DNA of 64,000 nt from Chrysomallon squamiferum (taxonomy: Eukaryota > Animalia > Mollusca): NCBI GenBank assembly GCA_012295275.1, contig CM022676.1, positions 5,642,001 through 5,706,000 on the forward strand, in the 5' to 3' direction. Position numbers and translations under genes: made by a program. Below the pieces are notes generated by a model, which saw only the letters and a list, made by a program, of their open reading frames with translations, searched no databases and was not told the origin of the DNA. Below are positions 12,671 through 25,614 of this stretch, in pieces; position 1 is the stretch's first letter, and every line of letters starts with the position of its first letter.

Positions 12671-12862
12671 ATGAAGAAGAGATCAGTTTCGCCCGATTTT
12701 GCAGTGGGAACAGATAATGCTGTTGCCGTTATGGGAATTGAAAGGAAAATTGTAGTCATAGTGCATCGTGACTTAACAAAACAGCTTACTCGTGAAATGA
12801 TGGACGAACTAAAACAATTCCTTTCTAGAAGTACCTCCTATCTTATATTTGTAAACTGTTAG
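12222..12862 (+). pseudogene. Fragment A: 3' end of the gene preceded by an amplified 39-bp linker repeat
   Basis: Ends in DFAVGTDNAVAVMGIERKIVV...SYLIFVNC-stop like G1. Has a ~30-bp deletion in the ATFEKDHVLGS segment and indels within the repeat. Confidence 0.8.
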
Positions 12863-13515
12863 AGAATAGAAACCATGAGACAAAGTAATAGTGCGTGCAT
12901 GTGTGCGTATGTCTGCGTGAAGCTTTATTTGTGAGAAAAATTCAGTATATATGCCAGTATTTCTGTGTGTCTGTATGTATGTATGTATAAATATATATAT
13001 TAATGTTTGTATTTATATGTTTGTGTGTTTATGTTGCAATATGCACTTCTACTACATAATTAAGTTACTTCTTTACTGTTTAAATTCCAGTTGATTTAAG
13101 TATAATTTTAGAGAGAGAATACAAACCATGACGGAAAGTAATACTGCTTACGAGTAATATGTCATCTTGCAATCAGCACTTCTACTATATAATTAACTTA
13201 CTTCTTTTGTGTTTAATTTCTAGTTGATTTAAGTACTAATTTTCTTCCTGTATAATTTTAGTGTTAACGTCGAGAGCTGTAAGTTGACAAATAAAAGATT
13301 TAATTTCAATAACTTTTTTATTATTATTATTTAGGATTGCAGGATAAAATAAATATTTGTTTGCTGTCTTAAGGTATCAGTTTTATCCTCCTCAGGTGGA
13401 ATATACCAATGCTGCTCTGCTTAGCCTCGCTCAGACGAGTCATTCTCACGTTCAACAGGTTAAAGCTGATATCTAAAGGCAGTGGTTCTACTATATACAG
13501 ATTGTTAAATCAGCA

Positions 13516-13564
<49 letters not shown>

Positions 13565-13858
13565 TGTGTGACTATGCAGTTTTCGTCTTTATATTTCAAA
13601 GTTTCGAGTTACTGTAATTACGTAGCCCAGATTGTAGCCTGATAAAATTGTTCAGGTGTTTTAAATTCCCGCTTTGGTTCATTAACAATGCAGATAGTAC
13701 CAACAAGTGCAAAACTGGTTAACTCCAACACAGGTAATTCCTGCTTTCTTTGAAAATACACCTGGAAATCTCTTATTAGTCACAGAGACAAATTACTCAC
13801 ATTTTGGATAAAACACTGAAAATCTGTATTGACATTGAAACGTTTCTCAAACTTTGAT

Positions 13859-14039
<181 letters not shown>

Positions 14040-14221
14040 TGTGTGTATATTTTATAGATTCCTTTTTATCTTTTTCTGTCGATATCAAGTTTTCATATCC
14101 ACATCCTGCGTTTTCAAAACACGTCTTAGTTATCCATCTGTATCTATTATTGTTGTTGTTTCATTATAAATCTGGAAACCGCACACACAAACACACACAT
14201 ATATACAGGTAGAATAATAGA

Positions 14222-14275
<54 letters not shown>

Positions 14276-14394
14276 TTTAAACACATAATAGTAACAAAGG
14301 TATACTACTAGTACTAGCACTACCAGTAGCAGATGTAGTAGTAGTAGTAGTAGTAGTAGTGTCCTTGTTTCTATTTTCAAAATCTGTAAGAATT

Positions 14395-14900
14395 AGAGGT
14401 CAAAGGTAGAATTTAGCCAAAAGAAGACCTAACTATAATTAAACAACATGTAAGAATACTATTAATAAAAGAACAAATCAGTTAATATTACGTATAGATA
14501 GGTGACACACAAACATAGAGATAAAAACTAATAGCAATCAAAGAAACAATGACAGAACAAAATTCGTCCGGGTGTAAGCTTCTATTTATAGGAGCAATAA
14601 GCAAAAAGGTATGACAAAGGTAGTCACTGATTATTCGTTGTATATGTCACTGAGAACAGAAGACCGATGATAGACGTAACTGTAATTAAGGTAAATATTT
14701 CTTTGTTTCTGTTTTCTTGTTTGTTTGTTTTAACAGACAGAGAACAGTTAAGAATAATATTAATTTAAGAACAAATCCGTTAATGTTAGGTGGACGGAGA
14801 GAAAGAGGTGACCCACAAACAGAGATAGTAGTTATTGAAAAGATCAATTTGTAATTTGTCTCAACCTGTTTTTGTACGTAAATATGAATGCACTGTCTGT
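14395..14900 (+). repeat. Module U before G3
   Basis: Same hallmark sequence. Confidence 0.85.
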
Positions 14901-14916
14901 AGGTGTGTGTCTATAT

Positions 14917-14970
<54 letters not shown>

Positions 14971-15631
14971 ATGAACATTTTTTTTGTGTAAATATATATT
15001 TATTGTCCCTATGTGTGTTTACATATCTGGATATATATGCTAGAGTGTTTGTATGTATGTATATATAAGTATTTAAGTAATTACTATGTTTCAGTGTATG
15101 TTTATATGTATCTGTATATGTATATGTGTGTCTGTTTACATAAATATATAGATCTTATATATATTTGTGTGTACGTATATGTGTTTGTATGGACCCACAT
15201 ACATATTTAGATACAGATACAGATATACAAACATGCACACAGTAGCAGCAATAGTTATAATAATACTAACAGCAGTATTATTATTATTGTTGTTGCTGTT
15301 ATTATTATTAGATTTATTAGATTTTTACTATAATATTTTAATATTTATTAGATTTCTACTATAATATTTTAAGAAATATTTATTATTTTACAGTATGAAA
15401 TCATTCTTTTTTCAGTATATCACAAATAAAATAACAGATTAAAACAACGCGAAGAAATTTAGAAACAATTTTAATAACACTGTGAAATTTGTAATTCAGA
15501 ATACAATTAGTTAAAGGAAAAATAAATTCAACAAAGGATACAAATTGGACGAGCAAGTACAAAAAAAAAAAAAAAAAAAAAATTATACAAAATTCAATTT
15601 CAACTCATGACAAAAAAGAATTATCTAAAAT

Positions 15632-17806
15632 ATGGAAGAAAAAATTACAACATTAACCGTGAGGACACCCGAAAGTGAAAACGCGAGTTTCGAACAGCAA
15701 GCAAATGAATATATTAATCGCTACTTCCCAGATATTCTGACAAAGACTTACAGAATCCCAGCCGTTTACTTCCCTTCAGAGAATCTGAAGAAAAAAAAAG
15801 ACGCGGATTATGAATTACTGCCCCAGAGTGACGAACCAACAGTCCACGGCGAAGAGGCAGAGAGACGCTTCATTGATGCTCTGGAATCTATGAAGAATTT
15901 CCGTACAGAAGACATCGAAGAACCAATGATGATACTTTCCGGCTATAAATTCGAGAATTTTCTCTACAAGGAGAAGAGTAAATTCTCCGAGAAACAAGAA
16001 GGAGAGCATGATGTGTTGTTACTGCATCTCAAACATGGAGTGTTTTTTTTCCAGGTTAAAGGGATCGAAGAATACAAACGCACCGGTTCGAAAACAAGAA
16101 AGCATTCCCATCATAGAAAGGTGAAGAACTTTGTAAAATTGGGCATCACTCAACTGATAAAGGATGAGCAGTTTTTCAATAAGGTTATGAATGATCTAAA
16201 CTTAGAAGTTGATATCAGCAAAATTGTTGTCTTACCCAATATATCCAGGAATTACCTAATGAAACTGGAAGCGAGTAAAGGTGCTTTGGAAGAAAATAAA
16301 ATGTTAAACAGCTGCATTTGCTCGGACGAAATACCCTTAACAGAAGACACGGCAGAGATCCGAGAGCAAAAATTAAACAGCCTGAAACGGTGGTGTCGAG
16401 AAACTATTGAGAAGAAGAAGGGATTTAAAGATGATGATGAATACAAGGAGGTGGTGAAGAGATACTGTGGCCTCATGTCTGTGGTGGAAATTCCAACGAG
16501 TAAAAGAGAAAAAGAGAAGCGAGGAGGTAAAGTTGAGGCGCGATCTCTGGGAGAGAGCGTTTCTGAACAAGGTTACAGAATAATGAGAATAATACTGACG
16601 ACAAAACTGGCCGAAACGTTGAATAATAACGAAAAACGGATCGTGATTGAAGGCGATTACGGGACGGGCAAAACTATTCTTCTTATGCTAAAAGCAAGAC
16701 AGATGCTTAAACAGGGCAAGAAAATATGTCTGGCCAGCAGCCCGGGAACCAGCATAGTTCATTACTTGTATCATGCTGTAACTCAAGGACTTGAAAAGAA
16801 AACAGATCTGGTGAAAGTTTTTCAAGGAAAATCACTCAAGTCGATAATTAAATACATCAACGAGGAATCGGCTCATTTGTTTTACGACGAGTTGAGGATT
16901 TCTCAGCAACGACGTCAGAAGAAAATTATGGATAAAATCAAATCTAAGCAGAGCACAGTGTGGATAGTTAAAAGCAACTACGAAAAGTCTGATTCAGATG
17001 AAGACTACTTTGATGGTTTCGAGAAGATACAGTTTTGCAAAGCACTCCGTTGTCCACTAAACATCCAGGACGTGATGAAGAATGGTGACATATCAAAGTT
17101 TCCCTTCGTTGACCATAAAAAGCATAGTAGTGATAAAACGTTTTACCAGTGCGATAAATGTCTATCTGAAATCAGGGATATATTTTCTTCTCTCAACCTC
17201 AATATCTCTCAACCTCAAGCTTCTGCCACGACATCATCGTCGACGCTTTCAGAACAACATCCACAGAAGCCCAGCCGTTCAGAAGGTGCCAGTGAACGTG
17301 ATCAAGTCGCTGAAAAACACAGCGTTGACAACGTCAGTGAAGCTAGCAGGCAGCAGTCACCTACCTCAGCGGCTTCACAAAATATGCGAGAAACAACATC
17401 ACCACCAGTCAAGACTGTCTTTCCTGAACCTCTTTCATGGTCAGATGTGCTAGTGGTCACACAAGAGCCTCTTTCAAAGCAAGAGTTAGGTTTTCGTGTG
17501 AAATATCCTGCAGAACCCGAACCTTCAGTCAAAACAGATAGAGATACCGTAGAACCGGAAAGTTCAGGGAAAACGGACAGTGATGAAGAAGAAATCAGTT
17601 TTGCCACATTCGAAAAGGATCATGTGTTGGGCAGCCCCGATTTTGCAATGGGAACAGATAATGCTGTTGCCGTTATGGGAATTGAAAGGAAAATTGTAAT
17701 CATAGTGCATCGTGACCTAACAAAACAGCTTACTCGTGAAATGATGGACGAACTAAAACCATTCCTTTCTAGAAGTACCTCCTATCTTATATTTGTAAAC
17801 TGTTAG
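15632..17806 (+). CDS. G3: NERD-like nuclease + SF1 helicase paralogue, 724 aa, intact
   Basis: Same motifs as G1 (EGEHDVLLL, FFQVK, GDYGTGKT, FYDE, LRCP, GIE, SRS). Short deletion at GLKVNGHD. LTKKQ is changed to LTTKL. Confidence 0.85.
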   Translation: MEEKITTLTVRTPESENASFEQQANEYINRYFPDILTKTYRIPAVYFPSENLKKKKDADYELLPQSDEPTVHGEEAERRFIDALESMKNFRTEDIEEPMMILSGYKFENFLYKEKSKFSEKQEGEHDVLLLHLKHGVFFFQVKGIEEYKRTGSKTRKHSHHRKVKNFVKLGITQLIKDEQFFNKVMNDLNLEVDISKIVVLPNISRNYLMKLEASKGALEENKMLNSCICSDEIPLTEDTAEIREQKLNSLKRWCRETIEKKKGFKDDDEYKEVVKRYCGLMSVVEIPTSKREKEKRGGKVEARSLGESVSEQGYRIMRIILTTKLAETLNNNEKRIVIEGDYGTGKTILLMLKARQMLKQGKKICLASSPGTSIVHYLYHAVTQGLEKKTDLVKVFQGKSLKSIIKYINEESAHLFYDELRISQQRRQKKIMDKIKSKQSTVWIVKSNYEKSDSDEDYFDGFEKIQFCKALRCPLNIQDVMKNGDISKFPFVDHKKHSSDKTFYQCDKCLSEIRDIFSSLNLNISQPQASATTSSSTLSEQHPQKPSRSEGASERDQVAEKHSVDNVSEASRQQSPTSAASQNMRETTSPPVKTVFPEPLSWSDVLVVTQEPLSKQELGFRVKYPAEPEPSVKTDRDTVEPESSGKTDSDEEEISFATFEKDHVLGSPDFAMGTDNAVAVMGIERKIVIIVHRDLTKQLTREMMDELKPFLSRSTSYLIFVNC

Positions 17807-19243
17807 AGAATACAAACCATGAGACAAAGTAATACTGCGTGCGTGTGTGCGTACTTGTGTATATATTTATATGTCTGTGTTTTTATCATTCAATTCGCAC
17901 TTCTACTATATAAGTATGTTATTTCTTTTGTGTTTAATTTCTAGTTGATTTAAGTAGTAATTTTTTTTACTAATTATAGTTTTTATATTAGTCTCTAGAG
18001 CTGTAAGTTGATAAATAAAACAGTTAATTTCAATAAATTTTTCTTTATTATTTAGGACTGCAGGATAAAATAAATATCTGGCTGCGGTCCAATATGCCAA
18101 CTCTGCTCTGTTTAGGCTCGCTCAGTCGAGTCATTCTTACCTTCAACAGGAAAAAGCTGATATCTCAAGCCAGTGGTCGTATTATGTATACTTTGTTAAA
18201 TCAACATGCGTGTGTCTTTGTGTGTGTTTGTGTGTGCGTGCGCGTTTGTCTTTATAATATAATTAAGTTATTTCTTCTGTGTTTAATTTCTAGTTGATTT
18301 AAGTACTAAATTTTTTCATGTACAGTTTTTGTATTAATCTCGAGAGTTGTAAGTTGACTAATAAAACAGTTAATTTCATTTAGGTTTTATTTTTATTATT
18401 ATTTAGGATTGGAGGATGAAATAAATATCTGGGTGCTGTCTTAAGATATCCGTTTTATTGGAAAAGGTCAATGCTTCTCGGTTTAGCCTCGCTGTGTCGA
18501 GTCATTCTCACATTTAACAGGTTAAAGCTGATATCTTAAGCATGTCCAATGATTTCCGATCCGATGATTTATGACAGGAGTCTCAGGTTTCTCCTTGTAA
18601 CTTTTGTGTATACGATTACACGATTCTTTTTATGTTAGAAGCGAGCTCGAAAATGATCGGTCTAAAGGAATGTAGAGTCAAAAGTATTGTTAAATCAGAA
18701 TGTGTGTGTGTGTGTGTGCGTGCGTGTGTGTGTGTGTGCGTGTGCGGGGGCGTTACATATCTACTAACTCCAACACTGGAAATTCCTTGTTTCTTTGAAA
18801 CCTATGTTAAATGAATAATATACCTGAGAATTCCTATTGCTCACAGAGACAAATTACTCACATACTTTAGATAAAACAGTGGAAATCTGTAGTCATACTG
18901 AAACTGCTTAATATCTCTCTCTCTCTCTGTCTCTCTGTCTCTCAGTGTCTCTCTGTCTCTCTCTCTTTCTGTCTCTGTCTCTCTCTCTCTCTGCATTTTA
19001 TTCATTTCTCTTTATCTTTTTATATGCACGTCCTGCGTATTGTAAACATGTTGTAATTATCCGTCTTTATCTGTTATTGTTGTTGTTTTATTAAAAATCT
19101 GGAACGAGCACACACAAACACAACTCGAAAATGTTCGTTAAAAAACTGAAAATAAAATAATAAAATAAAATGAAACAAGAAACAAATATCGGTTTTTATG
19201 GATTGTCAGGATTTCTGGAAACCCGATAAATAGTTTGGGTATC

Positions 19244-19286
<43 letters not shown>

Positions 19287-19379
19287 TTTATGACTACAGT
19301 ACAGTCTCTAAGTTTCTGGTAAGACATCAACACGGAAAATGTTTCTTATTAACGTTAGGTTATTTACTATTTTGAATGC

Positions 19380-20300
19380 ACTGTTCTCTACTGTTTATCA
19401 TTTGATTCAGAGTATTATTATATTACAAATTAGTTGATGCAGACCATACTTTGCTGTTTATCAACTGGTATAGTCTAGTAATATCTTTTTATAGACTTTC
19501 AAATGTTACATTTGAGTTAACATAGACCGTTATGCTCTATTGATTTGCTGATGTAGAGCGTTATAAATAATATATTCGTTGATGTAGAATATATTCTTTT
19601 ATACTCTGCTACTTGTATGCTTTTGTGGACTGTTCATTGTCATAATTAGATTGATGATGAATTATTCATCAGTTGTTAGTTGTCTGCTAATTATCAAAGC
19701 GTACAATCTGTCATATCTTATAGATTAGTTGATGCATACTAGTATTTGTTATTTATACCAATCATTCTTTCTTGTTTCAGCTGATGCAGTCTATAAAGTG
19801 TACAGACTGTCGTATTTATTCATCAACAAGTGTATTCTTTCGGTGACATTTATCAACTGGTATAGTCTATGATTGATATTTATCAACTGCTATGGTGTAA
19901 CAGTAGTAGTTATCAACTGAACGATCTACATCATTTTTTTTATTTATTAAATTATATTAGTTGATGCAGAAAGATCTGTTATCCATCAACTGATACATAT
20001 TCTCATCAGGCACAATACATTGTAACTGAGGCAGAGTATACTTCTGTTATTTACCTGGTATTTATTTATGCCTATGACTGACTATCTACTTAAATTTATT
20101 TTTTATCAGTTCGTGAAGTCTTCTATTCGTGTAATCTGGTTGATGTCGTTAATCATCCATTTTTTATTTTTTATTCATCTGAATAGATTATCATCTTTTG
20201 TATTATTAGCAATACAATTTGTCAACTCGTGTATATTACCAACTGGCGAAGGCTATCCTCTGTCATGACTATGTTACATATTAGTTGATGCAGAGCAGAC
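19380..20300. repeat. Degenerate satellite built on AGTTGATGCAG / TTTATCAACTG motifs
   Basis: Motif recurs many times, e.g. 19431, 19727, 19959, 20282. Confidence 0.6.
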
Positions 20301-20439
20301 TATACGTCCATTTTTTATCACACAGAATCGATTACCGTGTGCTGTTTTGCCTGTTGGTGTTGTCAGTGGGTTAAAGAAGGAGTGGTGACAGACGGTGTTG
20401 TCCATGTCGAGGGTTAGAACCGACCTCGACTCCGCTGGG

Positions 20440-20640
20440 AAATCAAAAGTCACTGAGCAGTAACTAGATGATGTTTTCAGCCAATCACGGCCTGCAGTGG
20501 ATTCTGTGCACAGTAAACAAATTTATCTTCAGATCATCACTTTTCTTTTCTAGTTTAGTGTTTGACGGAAAAACAGTGCAAGCCTGGGAATGTATGAACA
20601 TACATACATACATACATACATACATACATACACACACACA
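20440..20640 (+). mobile_element. Short dispersed repeat with (CATA)n tail, copy 2
   Basis: CTAGATGATGTTTTCAGCCAATCACGGCCTGCAG...GCCTGGGAATGTATGAACATACATAC. ORFs 5608-5808(-) and 20468-20653(+) share the same translation. Confidence 0.5.
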
Positions 20641-20838
20641 TATATATATATAAACACACACACAAAATACACATACACATACACGTGTATATATATATAT
20701 ATTTATATATCCATCAGTCCAGAATAATGCTAGGTTATCAACTGCTTCAAAGTTTTATTTTAGAAGTCACAACAGTATCTCTTGTTAACAGGATCGAGAT
20801 TTGAAAGATCCTGGCAAACACCCAAATGTCGTGTAATT

Positions 20839-21226
20839 CTATAACACTTCAAGGTTTCGCGTTAGAAGTTACAATACAGAAACTGGAGTATAATGTTTTC
20901 ATGTTTTCGTAAGTCGAAATACGATATCTGGATATCTATAACAGTTCAAGGTTTCGCGTTAGAAGTTACAATACAGAAACTGGAGTATAATGTTTTCATG
21001 TTTTCGTAAGTCGAAATACGATATCTGGATATCTATAACAGTTCAAGGTTTCGCGTTAGAAGTTACAATACAGAAACTGGAGTATAATGTTTTCATGTTT
21101 TCGTAAGTCGAAATACGATATCTGGATATCTATAACAGTTCAAGGTTTCGCGTTAGAAGTTACAATACAGAAACTGGAGTATAATGTTTTCATGTTTTCG
21201 TAAGTCGAAATACTATATATGGATAT
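20839..21226 (+). repeat. 97-bp tandem repeat, 4 near-identical copies within a degenerate array (~20.7-21.8 kb)
   Basis: CTATAACA(G/C)TTCAAGGTTTCGCGTTAGAAG starts at 20839, 20936, 21033 and 21130. Confidence 0.92.
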
Positions 21227-21840
21227 CATCTACTTCTATTACTGTTCAAGGTTTCGCTTTCGACGTTAGATCTAGTTGTAACAGCAGTCTCTGGTGTACT
21301 GTGTCATGTATTCATCAGTCCAATACAATACCAGGATATAACTATGTCTTCCATAGTTCAATACTTTATTTTAGAAGACATAATACATGTAGTTATAACA
21401 GAACCTGGGATGTACGGTGTCCTCTGTTTTCAGCAGAGCTTTGATGTCATCTATTTCTACCATAGTTCAATTGTTTGTTGTTGTTGGTGTTTTTTTTTTG
21501 TAATTCATAATACATCAAGTTATAACAGAAACTCTGGTGTGTCCAGTTCAATGTAGGGGTATCTTCTGCTTGTACCTTAGTTGAAAGGTTCGTTTTTTAA
21601 GTTCACAATACACTGAGTGATAGAAGAATGTGTTATCTGCTTTATCGATATTTTATTGATCCTGATAAATACCGACTTCCACCACAGTTCACAGTTTTGT
21701 TTTAGAAGTCATAATGTAATGCTGTAAATGAACCAGTAGTATAATGAACAATGCTTTCCTCAGTCTAGTATAATGCATTTATTTTATATTAGTTATTGGT
21801 TCAAAGTTTTCCTTTAACAGTAACAGTACTCAGGTGTGTT

Positions 21841-21871
<31 letters not shown>

Positions 21872-22366
21872 TTGTGTGTGTCTATCTGTGTGTATTTATG
21901 TTCATATATATCATTTTTATACTTGATCATGAAAAAATGCTTCATTAATGATAATATTATACTTATGACTTATAAAACAAAACCTTTAACCATGGCCGAG
22001 ATAGACGATTTCCAGGTACTGTACTAAACTGATAAAAAAAAAAAATTGATACAGTATAATAAGAGATTCTGTAATAACTAGATGCATTAATTATGCCTTA
22101 TAAAGTAAAATTATGAACTACGGCAAAAGTAGGTGATATCCCAATCATTATATCGCAGCGATTAACAACTTTTATAGAATATACTACAGATTGTGTTATA
22201 ACAAGATGCATAATGATATCAAATGCATGCAATTTGAACTATGAACAGCGAAAGATACCCAGACCCTGAACTGGAATGTTAAAAACGCGATACAAGATAC
22301 CAGAGACTGTGATTAAAACTAGACGTGCTATGATATCTAAAACAAAACGTTGAACTATGACAAAAG

Positions 22367-22572
22367 CAGTGGGGTGGATCGAGAGAGGGGGATCCAAGGT
22401 CTCCGAACCACCTTCTCAAATTTGGAATGTGCCTCTTTTATTTAGGATTTTTCTTTTTTCTTTATTTTTTTTCTTTTTATTTTTTTTTTATTTTCACTAA
22501 TCTATTTTTTTCTTTAAATTTCTGTCAATGCATAGAGAACACTGTAACAACTATTATATTATTGTCCATGTA
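22367..22572 (+). mobile_element. Truncated MITE-like element
   Basis: Starts CAGTGGGGTGGATC. Bases 22437-22572 are the reverse complement of 46394-46523. Confidence 0.4.
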
Positions 22573-22746
22573 ATTACAGCTCTCGAGATTAATATAAAAA
22601 CTGTACATGAAAAAAATTAGTACTTAAATCAACTAGAAATTAAACACAGAAGAAATAACTTAATTATATAGTGGAAATGTTCATTGCAAGATAAATACAC
22701 ACAAACGCACGCATTATTAGTTTACGTCATGGTTTGTATTGTCACT

Positions 22747-24938
22747 CTAACAGTTTACAAATATAAGATAGGAGGTACTTCTAGAAAGGAATGGTTTTAG
22801 TTCGTCCATCATTTCACGAGTAAGCTGTTTTGTTAGGTCACGATGCACTATGACTATAATTTTCCTTTCAATTCCCATAACGGCAACAGCATTATCTGTT
22901 CCCATTGCAAAATCGGCGCTTCCCAAAACATCCTCCTTTTCGAATGTGGAAAAACTGATCTCTTCTTCATCACTGTCCGTTTTCCCTGAACTTTCAGGAT
23001 GTATGGGATCTCTTTCCTTTTGTACTGGAGGTTCGGGTTCCTCAGGATATTTGACAGGAAAACCTATCTGTTGCTTTGAAAGACGGTCTTGTGAGACCAC
23101 TAGCACATCTGACCATGAAAGAGGTTCAGGAGAGACAGTCGTGACTGGTGGTGATGTTGTTTCTGGCATATTTTGTGAAGCCGCTGAGGTAGGTGACTGC
23201 TGCCTGCTAGCTTCATTGACGTTGTCAACGCTGTGTTTTTCAGTGACTTGATCACGTTCACTGGCACCTTCTGAACTGCTGGGCTTCTCTGGAGGTTGTT
23301 CTGAAAGCGTCGACGATGATGTCGTGGCAGAAGCTTCAGGTTGAGAGATGTCGTGTCCACTTACTTTCAGTCCGAGAGAAGAAAATATATAACTGATATC
23401 AGATTGACATTTATCGCACTGGTAAAACGTTTTATCACTACTATGCTTTTTATGGTCAACGAAGGGAAACTTTGATATGTCACCATTCTTCATCAAGTCC
23501 TGGATGTTTAGTGGACAACGGAGTGGTTTGCAAAACTGTATCTTCTCGAAGCCAATGAAGCAGTTTTCATCTGAGTCAGACATTTCATAGTTGCTTTTAA
23601 CTATCCACACTGTACTGTCCTTAGATTTTATTTTATCCATAATTTTCATCTGACGTCGTTGCTGAGAAATCCTGAACTCGTCGTAAAACAAATGAGCCGA
23701 TTCCTCGTTGATGTATCTAATTATCGACTTGAGTGATTCTCCTTGAAAAACTTTCACGAGATCTCTTTTGTTTTCCAGTCCTTCAGTTACAGCATGGTAC
23801 AAGTAATGAACTATGCTGGTTCCCGGGCCGCTCGCCAGACATATTTTCTTGTCCTGTTTAAGCATCTGTCTTGCTTTTAGCATCAGAAGAATAGTTTTGC
23901 CCGTCCCGTAATCGCCTTCAATCACGATCCGTTTTTTGTCACTATTCAAAATGTCTGCCTGTTTTTTCGTCAGTATTATTCTCATCATTCTGTAACCTTG
24001 TTCAGAAACGCTCTCTCCCAGAGATCGCGCCTCAACTTTACCTCCTCGCTTCTGTTTTTTTCTTTTACTCGTTCGAATTTCCACCACAGACATGAGGCCA
24101 CAGTATCTCTTCACCACCTCAATGTATTCATCAGGATTTTTAAATCCCTTCTTCTTCTCAATAGTTTCTCGACACCACCGTTTAAGGCTGTTTAATTTTT
24201 GCTGTCGGATCTCAGCCGTGTCTTCTGTTAAGGGTATTTCGTCCGAGCAAATGCAGCTGTTTAACATATTATTTTCTTTCAAAGCACCTTTACTCGCTTC
24301 CAGCTTCATTAGGTAATCCCTGGATATATTGGGTAAAACAACAATTTTGCTCATATCAACTTCTAAGTTCAGATCATTCATAACCTTATTGAAAAACTGT
24401 TCATCCTTTATCAATTGGTCGATGCTCGATTTTACATAATCCTTTACTTTTTTATGATGGGAATCCTTTTTTGATTTCGGACTGGTGCCTTTGAATTCTT
24501 CGATCCCTTTGACCTGGAAAAAAACACTCCATGTTTGAGATGCAGTAACAATACATCATGCTCTCCTTCTTGTTTCTCGGAGAATATATTCTTCTCCTTG
24601 GACAGAAAATTCTCGTACTTATAGCTGGAAAGTACAATCATTGGTTCTTCGTTATCTTTTGTACGGAAATTCTTCATAGATTCCAGAGCATCAATGAAGC
24701 GTCTCTCTGCCTCTTCGCCGTGGACTGTTGGTTCGTCACTCTGGGCCAGTAATTCGTAATCCGCGTTTTCTTCTGACTCCAGATTCTCTGAAGGGAAGTA
24801 AACGGCTGGGATTCTGTAAGTCTTTGTCAGAATATCTGGGAAGTAGTGATTAATATATTCATTTGCTTGCTGTTCGAAACTCGCGTTTTCACTTTCGGGT
24901 GTCCTCACGGTTAAATTGTTAACAATTTTTTCTTCCAT
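22747..24938 (-). pseudogene. G4: paralogue with one -1 frameshift (T7 instead of T8 at 24518-24524)
   Basis: ORFs 24444-24938 and 22747-24414 are colinear with G3. The break lies in the GTG TTT TTT TTC (VFFF) run. Confidence 0.75.
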
Positions 24939-25536
24939 ATCTTGGAAAATTTATTTTTTCATGGGTTGAAATTGAATTTTGGATAATTTTTTTTTTTTTA
25001 CGAACTTTCTCCTCGAATTTGTATCCTTTCTTCTATTTATTTTTCCTTTATCTAATTGTATTCTGAATTACAAATTTCACAATGTTGTTAAAATTGTTTC
25101 TAAATTTCTTCGCGTTGTTTTAATCTCTTATTTCATTGGTGATACACTGAAAAAAGAATGTTTTTATACTGTAAAATAAAAAATATTTATTAAAATATTG
25201 TAGTGAAAATGTAACAAATATAATAATAATAATACTAGCAACAACAACAACAATAATAATACTGCTGTTAGTATTATTATAACTATTGCTGCTACTGTGT
25301 GCAGGTTTGTATATCTGTATGTGTGTATCTATGTATGTATGTATCAGATCTATATATTTATGTAAACGCACATATATATACATATACACATATAAATAAA
25401 CATACACTGGAACATCGTAATTACTTAAATATTTATATATACATACATACAAACATACAAGAATATATATCCATATATGTAAACATATATATGGACAATA
25501 AATATATATTTACACTAAAAATATGTTCATGCAAAT

Positions 25537-25569
<33 letters not shown>

Positions 25570-25614
25570 TCACACACATACACACATTCGCGCGCGATTA
25601 TATAGAAATACACC

